Source of the DNA: Paragordius varius
Taxonomy: Eukaryota; Animalia; Nematomorpha
Direction of reading: 5' to 3'
Assembly: GCA_964247055.1 (NCBI GenBank)
Contig: OZ176050.1
Span: 4,030,001-4,094,000 of the forward strand
Length of the DNA: 64,000 nt
In this document: positions 39,216 to 50,065 of the stretch, piece after piece
Layout of the letters: each line of letters begins with the position of its first letter
How positions within the stretch are numbered: the first letter of the stretch is position 1
Position numbers and translations under genes: made by a program
Notes under the pieces: model-generated
Databases searched by the model: none
Told to the model about the DNA's origin: nothing
What the model saw: the letters and a program-made list of their open reading frames with translations, nothing else

Positions 39216-42200
39216 ATGACTTTGCCACATGGTTATAGTTTCAAATTTTTCGACATAAAACCCGTGTCTGCTCTTAGAATTTTACTTTCATTTAAATTGG
39301 TATCTGCTCTCTGGTCTTCTATATCTGATTGTGATGAAGTTTACAATTATTGGGAACCAGTTTCTAACATTTTTATTATAAGGCGCACATGTTATTGTTT
39401 AAATACGGATTTCAAACATGGGAATATTCACCTATTTATGCTTTAAGATCGTATGCATATCTTTGGATATATACCCTACCCTTATACCTCTATAAAATAT
39501 TTCAACCAAATAAAGTTTTTATTTAATATTATTATTAGGTTCTCTTATTTTACACTTGTCGGTGTTTAATTGGTTGTTTGGGTGCATATTCTGAATATCA
39601 AATCTATAAGTTTTTTAAATTTAATCATTTAAATTTAGAGCTCTAAAATTTATTTCGAATGAATTGTCAACTATATACATTTGGCTTACCATTTTTCCAG
39701 CTGCATCATTTATATCCTCAACTGCGTTTCTCCCATCAACATTTGCTTTGCACTCAATAAATTTTAGTTTTGCTTTTTGGTCTTATGCACATTGCCAAAA
39801 GTCTACCGTAATTATGTTTCTTTAGATTATGTCATGAGTTAAAATAGTTTAATGTTATTTTTCAACGGTTATTAACACTTGGATACAACACATTCATTTT
39901 AGTCCTTCGATTCAAATTGGGGTAGTCAAATACCCCAAGCCTGTTTAAAATTAAATTCTTTAAAAAATATGTAAGGAATCGAAACCATGGCAAAATCTTG
40001 CACTTATATAACATTAATAAACCGAAATATTTAAAAAAATAAATTCAAAAATACTTGATATGTTGAGCTAAAACCGAAAGGTAAAAATATAGTCAACGTG
40101 ACATGCGTGCAATGGTAAAATTGTAAATTAATATAAGTTAAACAGCTTTTTCTATTTCTATCAGTTTTAGATATAATTTAAATAAAAAATAGCTTTAAAT
40201 TTAACGTTAGAATCAAATAAATACGATATTTTGCAAAAATTTTGTAAAATAAAAATTGCGTCGAAGTAGTTTGACATGGAACTTTTTTTTAAACAAATTT
40301 TTATTAAAAAGTTTTAGCTTATTTAGATTATTTTTATTAGGAAAGAAGCATAAATTTAAATTAGGACCGTTTCCTTCAGTAGTTTTTTTAAAATTCCAAC
40401 TTTAATTTGGTCTGGGGTATTTAAATACCCCAAATTGAATCGAAGTGTTAATAAAACATAGCTGACTTAAAATATTGGGTTATTTATGACCTATTGTTGG
40501 AATCAGTAAAAATCCTATTTTTTAGAAATGTTTCACCTATAATATTTAGTAAGAGATACTCAAACACTATATACTTGTTCACAACTTGATTATTTAAATT
40601 AAGCAATTCGCAAAATCCTAAAATTGGTTGTTATAATGATATTTTACACTTATTAAATTATGTAACCGAAAATCGTTGCCATTATTTTAAAATTTTCTAT
40701 ATCATAATATTATTTTAAATTCATGCCAACAAGATGCCATAAATAAATTTTAAAATCTTTGGTAATACTATTAAAAATTTTAAATCTATTTTTAGATGTT
40801 ATTTTAAATATATTTTATCTATTAGAAAATGTACATCATCTCCATATTGTTTTTAGCCAGTGCGGCCCTGATAGGATGGCCATTTGCAGCTATATTAGGG
40901 TAAGTTAAATTTATAATATATATTTATATCAGGGATTAGGTTAGAAACATAGAAATATTTTGATGCAACTTAAACCGATCTTAATTTTATGTAAATGCCC
41001 TATAACCGGTTAATTTTTCTTTTTAAACAACCACTTTTCTCATAATTGACTTTTTAAAAAACCTATTTGGAAGATTATGATGTACTTTTTTGATTTCAAA
41101 ATAAGGTCCCATAATTTTAAAATATCATTAAAATTTTTATCATTTTTAAAATAATGTTATATTATTGGAAAAAAATTATCAATTTAATTTTCAGTTATTT
41201 TGTTTTCTTTGAAAGGCGTCGACATGATGCGGCGGGTGAAGAGGCATTTTTTTCAAAATAGGTAATTATTATAAAGAGACACTCTAAGTTATTGAATTGG
41301 GGGTTTGTTTTGCCCATATAAAAAATTTATTCTAAGATATGAATGAAAAAATACGTTTATAATTAACTTACGTTTTTTATTATTTATTAATACATTTTAG
41401 GTTAGTGTGTAACGATTACATTAATAATTTTTTTGGTATTTTTATTAATCTTTATCTTAAGGGTAAAAAAGTATCTTTTTCATAAAATAAATAGATTACG
41501 TGATTATTTTAAATAATACTGTATAAATTACAAATTTTTTAAAGTCTTAGGTGTGGAATAATAAAACTGATATTATATTTACAAAACCATTTTATTATTT
41601 TGGCGTCATTTGGTTTATTTTTTGTATCAATTAATACTAGTTTACCCATGGTGATAGATCTGATAGTGGTACAAAGAAAATTTGGCGCCTTTTTCAAATC
41701 CATATTCCTAGTCCTTTTAATTATCTTGGTATTTATGTAAATTATATAAAATTTTATGAAATATTTTAAGCGAAACACCGAAATAAAAATGAAAACTGGT
41801 TAAAATTATTAAACCGCTTAAAATTTTTTAGCGAAACTGACTAGAACATTATTAAAATAATTAAAATCCTTTGAAAGTTATGTGTTGTGAATTGTGTTCG
41901 GTAGTTAACTTATTTTAATCGGAATTATTGATGTTAACATTATAATTTAAACTAGTAAATACTAGGCTTATATCAAAATTTTTGGTTATATATCCATGGT
42001 CAAAATTATTTATTGTATTTAAACCATATTGAATGTATATACGCCCTAGAATTTAATCGTAATGCGATAATTTGGAGCATTTACTTTAAACGAGATATTA
42101 CTTTTATTAGAAACATTGTAATATTTTCTCAGTTTAAAAAAACCGTAGAATCGGTTGTAAAATTCTAAAAAAATACAATATCACATATGAGTACTATTAT

Positions 42201-44616
42201 ATAACACTGCTCAACAAGGTTTTGCACCACCCCATTATTTTTGCATTTCCTGATACCTAATGGCATGGAAAGGCCAAAACAAAAAAGAAAATTGAGGCCA
42301 CCAATAGGATTTTTCCGATTTTTAAATTTGTATTTAATTTAAAAATAACAATCATTCCTCGCGCACATATGTTTAAATATTCAAACGAACAAGTCGATAC
42401 AAGTAATATTCCATGCATGAATAACAAAATTCTAGGCATTAAATAAGATACTAAACAAGCTAGCCAAAGTATTAAAAATCTAAAAGGGGCTTATGTATAG
42501 TGTGATAGATCCGGGCGGCTGCACAAGCTCTGTATATACCCCAAGCGATCCAATTATGCCAGATATGGCAAAGATAACAATAAGTAATCGTAAAGCCCGA
42601 TAAGAGAGACTTGCAAGTAAAATCCAGGCAAATTGACATGTCAAATTAACCAATTCACAGAATAAAGTTAGATAAATTCTACAATTAAATTGGATAAAAA
42701 GATTAGGTAAATACAAATGGTCCAATCCCATAATAGTAAATTCTACTAAAAGTGGCTACACAACATCCATCTGAAATTAAAAATACAAAACAACCAATAA
42801 TTTTAAAAAATAAAGTATATCCACTAGGTATAAATAAAGGATTTTTTGTAAGAACCAGCTCAAGAAAAAAAGCCTAATAAGTACTCGAAAGAACGAAAAC
42901 TAACAAAAAAATATAGCCTATCTAAAAGCCAAAGGTTCAAACCATAGAATGTTATTTTTAGTATTTTTTTAAAAATTTTTTTTACGTATTAAAAATTCAC
43001 TTGAAAGAAAAAGACTAAATTTTGACGTTTAATTCCGTACTAATTTTTTTTCTCTGATATTTAAATGACATATTTATATGGATCAAAAATTTTTTCACAT
43101 TCGGTTTTAAAACACTGAAATTAGTCATAATTTAAAAGTTTGAGTGGTGGTGCTCAAAAATGTCCAAATTTCTAAATATTTACATTATAATGTAAATATT
43201 TAGATACCAATGTGTTACATAGACAGCCTATATTTCGGAAAATTTGTCCTGGCGCCACTTAATTTGGTCCTTTACAATGTATTTGCTTCAAACAAAGGAC
43301 CTGAACTATATGGTAATTTATATTTAATATTTCTAATATAATCAATCATCTTCAAGAATTAAATGTTTATATATACTTTTGAAATGTGAAATTTTGTAAT
43401 AATCTTAATTGTCATTTTTATTTCGATAATCTCAGTGATATACATTGTATTTTGATATGTTAGGTGTTGAACCTTGGTGGTTTTATCATCTCAATCTATT
43501 CCTAAATTTCAACGTAGTGTATGTTTTTGCTCTTATGTCCCTTCCCATATTAGTATGTTTCTTTCAATAACTATTATATTTATTTTGTATTTTCAAAAAA
43601 TGTTGCTTTTAATATACATGGAAAAAATAAATTTAATCTTTTCGGTGAAGATATAAGGTGGTTTGTTTAATTTTTTTGAGTTATTTGATTTGCATTAACA
43701 TCCTGTAAAATTCAACAATATTAATAAGTTATTTTTATATCAATTCTATTACAAATATTATTTTATATCAATTCTATTACAAATATTATTTTATATGAAT
43801 TAAAATTCCCTATAGTTAATGACATTATGGATTCATTTATCACTTTTGTTTATTGAATTATATATTCATTCCCATTTTCCTGAAAATATGGCCTAAAATT
43901 TCATAAATGTTTTATTATGTAGGTCCTACATCGATTTTTACAAAGCAAAACACTTGCTAAACAACCTAAGAATAAAGACTCAGATAGTTTCCATATTTTA
44001 AGTAACAATACATGAATATAATATAAACCATATTATATCTTGTATCAACTCTTTTCATCCACTTTTATTTTTGTTATTCCTTAGATTTAAAATTTTTAAG
44101 AAGTTTTTGTATTTTTGACATTTTTTAGGATTCGTTACGTTTTAAACATAAATATTATCGGTACAAAACTACTTATGTGGATTTGATTTATTTTTAAAAT
44201 AACGTAAATAGGTTAATCTTATGAAGCACTTCACACGGGTGGATTGAATTTTAAAAATTATATTTTAAATAATTTTACATTTTAAAAACAAAATTATAGA
44301 TTTGAGATTGATAATGCTATTTATATCACCCATGTATCTTTGGTTCCTGGTATTTTTCAATCAACCTCACAAGGTAAAAAATAGCTTCATTAGCATTTAA
44401 TTTTTATTAATTCCATTTTTAATCACAGGAGGAAAGGTTCATGTTCCCAGTCTATTCATTTATCATTGTGTCTGCAGCAATATCTTTGATCGAAATTAAA
44501 GTAATATAAAAACATATACATTATTAATATTTTTGGATAGCGATTTATATTTTTGCAATTTTAAAATTGGTAATTTTTGCTTTATGACTATGTTAAATAA
44601 AAGCGAAATGATATAT

Positions 44617-44667
<51 letters not shown>

Positions 44668-46600
44668 TTTTTTAACTGATTTAAAACACAATTATAAATC
44701 TTATTTAGGCATTATTGTATCGCTTGTTCAGTGTTAAAGGATATTCGCTATATGTGATAATTGTAGCAACACTTTTTGGCCTCTACATACCGCTTAATGT
44801 TGCGAGAATCACCTCACTAGTTAAAAGTATATTATTTTATAAAGTTTAATTCAAAATGGTAAAAATATTTTCCATCTAAACTTAATAATTTATCAGGTTT
44901 TTTGGATTGTTTGGTAATAAAAAATTTCATATAACCCTATAATTGATTTTAATTCTATATAATTTGCCGTTATTTTGTACAAGATTATCATGGTAGCATT
45001 AATATATTTACACACCTGTATACGGAAAATGAAAAGTTATTTATCTCAAACCTTGGGGAAGACGACAATATGGCCGCGTCCATGATTCGACCTCATGATC
45101 GAATAGTTTGTATGGGAAAGGATTGGTACCGTTTTCCTAGTCATTTCTTTTTACCCAATGGGTTTAACTATTTTTTTTATCTTGACTAAGAATTATGCAA
45201 ATCATGGCTTTTTAGGCGCATTATTCAAAAATATTTCATAAAAATCCATTAGCTATAACTTTTTGCTAGTAAATATTTTTTTGAATATTATTGTTTAAAA
45301 ATAAAACTATTGAATTTTGAAGCATTTATGACAACAAATTTTTTATTTTTAAATCTTGTTTCAATAAAATTTTAGAGCTCTCCAAATTTTAATGTAACAT
45401 TTACTGTGTAGATTGGTAATTATTTCCAAAATACTTTTAGCGTAATTTCGAAATTTTGGCCTCTAAGCTAAAGAAAACTCACTAAAATATATCGGATATA
45501 TGATATTTCATTATGGAAACGGTGGATTATTTTTAGATGGAAACTGCGTTTTATAAAGTCAGAATTCGATGGACAATTGCCTGGCCATTTCGGAGAACAT
45601 TTATGGGCAAATAATTATAGCACATTCGAAAACTTTTATGAATACAAATCAGCAGAACATTTCTACAAGCCTTCAGCTTTTGATTTAACTCGACACATAC
45701 CTCAACACATGAATGATTTGAATCAAGAGGAAATCAGTCGTTATGTAATATTGATTGGTTTTCACTAATTGAGCCTTTTTCTTTGAATGCTAATAATTGC
45801 TAACGATTCCTTACAATAAAATTTTATTTTTATACATAATTATTCATAAAGCCTTTTAATCTTTAGATCTATCGTTTTTTATAATTGTTTATAAATATTT
45901 TGTTTGGATATTATTCATAATAAAAGTTTTTTGGGCTAAAATAATAGCTCTTAATGTATCTTAAGGGAATTATTTGCGATTCTACAAAAAGGGGTTTGTC
46001 CGTGGCTTTTATATTTTATTTCTGACAAAAAAATATATAACCCGCTATCCTAAATAGGTGCCTTTGGAAACATGTGACCTTTTAATCGATATGTTTGATG
46101 AAAGTTCGGTAACGCCTTTACAACCAAATTACAGCTTAAATGATAGCGCATGGGTTGTTGAATCAAAATATCCCTTTCTCGATTCTAAACGGTACATTCA
46201 GGGATTGCTTTATATTTTTTAGTCATTTTTTACCCTTAACAATTTTTATTAAAAAATAATTAATATATATTTTTAAAGCGTTGTTAAACTTTTTTAAGAA
46301 AATATGAAACTATTTTAAAAAATTAACTTATATCGAGGGTAGGAGCGCTTGTTTTTTTGGTTTTAATCAACAATTTTTTATTAACGCGTTGTATTACTTT
46401 ATTATCTTAAAAAATTAAGGAATGTCATAAATGTTTTAGCTTATTTTAATTATATTTGTCGTAGATCAAATCGCATACTACGGGCCTTTTATATCCCTTA
46501 CTTGACATCGAAATATGTACACTACAACTCTTATAATTTATTGGTTTCCAAATCCAAATTACACAGATTAACAGGAAAAAGCCGTCCAAAACGAATATAA
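39216..46600 (+). CDS. ALG9: Alpha-1,2-mannosyltransferase ALG9 (GT22), 16 exons
   Basis: Motifs: ISDCDEVYNYWEP, GFQTWEYSPIYALRSY, FLPSTF, IGWPFAAILG, IDSLYFGKFVLAPLNLVLYNVF, EPWWFY, QPHKEERFMFP, VCMGKDWYRFPSHF, FIKSEFDGQLP, MNDLNQEEISRY, LRAFYIPYL. Exon starts 39216, 39383, 39539, 39639, 40826, 41641, 43204, 43464, 43923, 44300, 44429, 44709, 44984, 45538, 46058, 46466. Stop TAA at 46600. Confidence 0.96.
39876..40447. mobile_element. piggyBac-like MITE family B, copy 2 (ALG9 intron 4)
   Basis: TTAA at 39872-39875 and 40448-40451, with the same termini and body as copy 1. Confidence 0.87.
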
Positions 46601-47606
46601 ATTTGTTAATATTATTATTCATATAAAAAATGTAATTATATGTTATAATTATAAATTATAGAAGGTTTATAGTTTTATAATGCAAAATCTCTGAATATAC
46701 TAGGTTTCGGAATCTTCTACATATTCTTAGGAAACTTGTCGACATTGAAATGTCATTTTTTTATAAAAAAAAATGAACTCTTTTGTGTTTATATGTACAT
46801 AAGAATGTATTAATAGCACACTGGGGATTTAATAAGTGTTAGTGTTTTCTTCGATGATCCTAATTCTAGTGATAATCTATTTTTAAATCTAAATACTAAA
46901 TTTCAGTTATGGGATATAAAAAAATGGCGCCTTTATATTATTATAAATTCATTTTATATTATATATTTATTTTGTGACTTATTAAAATTAATTTATGGGC
47001 CAAGAAGTTTCTCATAATTCCTTTTTATTTTCAAATAGACAATAAAATATATTGTTTAAGCAAGGCGCCTAGCTTATGCGAAAATATTGATGTTTTCCCG
47101 CGTTCAATGAATACTTCTAATCAAAAACCAAATAATATTGTATAACTCCTATCCTTAAAATTTATTTTCTATGACCTATACCCAGAAAGTTAAAATAACT
47201 TATGGTAATTGCTCATAAATTCAAATTTAACACTTATTAAACTAATAAATTTGTGGTGGGAGAATCTAAATACCTAAATCCACAAAATCTGTAAATACCG
47301 AGATTATATTTGGATAGTTAAGCAACAATGTTTGTATATTTTATTTGTGTTTGATCTCCAAAAGCTAGACATTTTTATTATACCCGTTTAAATGAAAAAC
47401 AAAAAAGTTAAACTTAGATAAATTTATGTATAATTTCATAACTTAATATACTTTTTAAAAACATCATTGTTGTTATAATATCAAATTAGTGCAAATTTGA
47501 TTCGGAGGGAGTTGGAACATGTATATTTTATAAAAAATTTCCCATTCTTAACCCAATAATATTATCACCCTAAGAATTTTAGCGATTGTCGCCACAAAAT
47601 TATTCT

Positions 47607-47871
47607 CAAAGCGTAGCTAGAGGAGTAAAAGAGGGGCGGATGCACCAGGCGCCATAGTTGAAGGGGCGCCGGATATTAAAAATTTTTATTTTATTTCAAA
47701 AAAATAGGTATTTAAAAGTTATTATTTATAATAATGCATAAAAAAATCACCCATTGAGTGGTTATGACCACGGTTTAAATTTGAATATTTTTTTAAAAAT
47801 GCAAGGGCTCGCATGGAGGAGAGGGGGCGCCATCTCGGATTCATGCACTGGGCGTCTAAGCTACGCCTCTG
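47607..47871. mobile_element. Small GC-rich hAT-type MITE
   Basis: Imperfect TIRs CAAAGCGTAGCTAG and CTAAGCTACGCCTCTG. Internal AGGGGCGCC repeats at both ends. The flanks ATTATTCT and ATTAATTT match at 6/8, suggesting an aged TSD. Confidence 0.6.
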
Positions 47872-50065
47872 ATTAATTTTACATTTATATTGTGTTTAGC
47901 AATTATTAGATTGCTAATACTAAACTTATTTTTTGTTTAAATTATTTATGTAATATACCAGCACTTGTACGTTTTGTAATAATATTTAATCTTATGGCAC
48001 AACTTATATGAATTATTGGGTGAAACCAAGAGGCCTCTATGATCTCTTTATCAAAGAATTAATGATTTATTTTACAACTGTGCAACTGTTTCGGGAAACC
48101 ATCTTAAGATAACACGATTTTTTGAGATAAGGGATAATTCAAAAGGGTGAGGTTCCATTTATTTAAAAAGAATGCTAGACTCTCCTTCAGGGAAATATTT
48201 AAAACTTATATGTAATTCATGTGATAAACGTTTTCCAAAATTGCTTAAAACATGATTTTTGAGATTTAATATGCGTGATAATTAGGATTAATCCAAAAAA
48301 GTGGCTAGAGCACTCGACTTCTTCGTTAATAAAAAAAATCAATTTTAGAACCGGTAATATTGTTTTAAAGCCATACAAATTTATATATAAAATTGTGGAG
48401 ACAAAATAAACAATTGAAAAAAAATAAGAACAGTATTTTAAAGTTTGTGGTATTTTTACCCCAATGGAGTTAAACAAATATGTTATAATGAATTGGCTCA
48501 ACTACAATGCATTAATTTCAAGAAAAATTGGCATTATTGAATTTGAATGGGTAACACTTTTTCCGGAAAATTATTTTAAACAATTTTTTAATGTGCAGGT
48601 ATGATTTAAGGGTCCTTCTATGGGGCTAATTTGGTTTGACTATTCGGTAAAAAATTAAATCACAAAGGCAAAACGTAAAAATTAAAAATTGATATTTTTA
48701 AAGATAAAGTTATCATTTTGGGTCGTAAAAAAGAGATGTAAATTGTTCACACACTCAATATGTTGAGCTATTGTATTAAATAGATATAAACTTTTAACTT
48801 TATAATTTAAATTTTTATTGTAATCTTCGCTTTTATAAGGGAAACCCATTTGATTTCTGTGCCCTTATGCGTTATCCAAAATGATTATTTAAAGAAAATT
48901 TGTTGGGGACTCAACATTTGCGAAAAACACTTATTTCAATGGGGAAAAGGCACAAATAAAAAAATGAATTTATGTATAATCGGATCTACCCATTATCTCG
49001 AAAACTCTCTACAACATTTGCATTTATTAATATATGGTTTCATAATTTATTTTTTATGATTTTTAAATCGCGTGTCAACATTCTAATATTTTAGGATATA
49101 AGAATAGTATAAAAATTTAAATGTGATGATAGATATTATGCTCATATATTTTTGTGGTTATGAAATGCCAAAAATTGATGGTGTGCAAGTTTTTGCGGTG
49201 CAAATCCCGATGAAGAATACTAGAAATGTGGGATGTGTTATCTATGTTTCTATAGTTGATGGTTTTACAAGAATAAAAGTACAAAATTGTGCAAAGAAAA
49301 GTTTTACGTATAATACTGTACAATATATAAAAATGTATATAGTGTATAAAAATGGAGATTCATATAATTATAATAAAATACGTTGTAAATCTAATAATTC
49401 AACATGTAAAATAAATTTACAAGTAAAAATTTAGGAATAATATAAAAAATTATCATATAAATAAATAGACAAGATAAGGAGTATATTTTTCATTTTTGGA
49501 CAATGGTCTCATAAATAATTAGGTTGAACAATGGAGGGTACAAAGTAGTGCGAATTTCATTGTCTCGGTATAAAATTTTTCATATTCACAGACGGACAGA
49601 CAAAACAGCAAACTGCTTTCAATTTTATCCTTATTGCACATTTCTATGCTTTTTTATAATGTTATATGAGTGTAACAAGAGATAAAACATGCATTGTTAG
49701 CAGACCAATTTTAAATGTATGATTTCACTCTTGATTTCAGTTTATCTGTCATGTTTGCTGACTAAAATGTCGCGTCTGACCTTGCTGACATGCATGTCTG
49801 AGTGCACAATCGTGTAAAATGTGCCATCCAAGTGTCTAGGGTATTGAAGGTACATTGCTTTGTTTCTAACATGTGAAAAATGATATAAACAATTGAACCA
49901 AAAAAATAAATGATCCTGAACTACATTATACATATTTACGCTTGCCTATTTACATTATTGTTATCCGATTGGCAACACAATAGTGTATGAGTAAAAACAA
50001 CTAAATGATAAAATAGAGCAATTTATACTTTTACTTAATTATGGTCAAATTTTGTTTAACGCACG

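Noticed and set aside
40929-41020. CAGGGATT.. start resembling a hAT TIR in ALG9 intron 5
   Set aside because: No matching right TIR or TSD was found.
48850-49933. Short ORFs (49123-49434, 49742-49933) and a CAGACGGACAGAC motif (~49590) reminiscent of Helentron/DINE-type elements
   Set aside because: No recognisable domains, termini or second copy in the window. Too weak to call.
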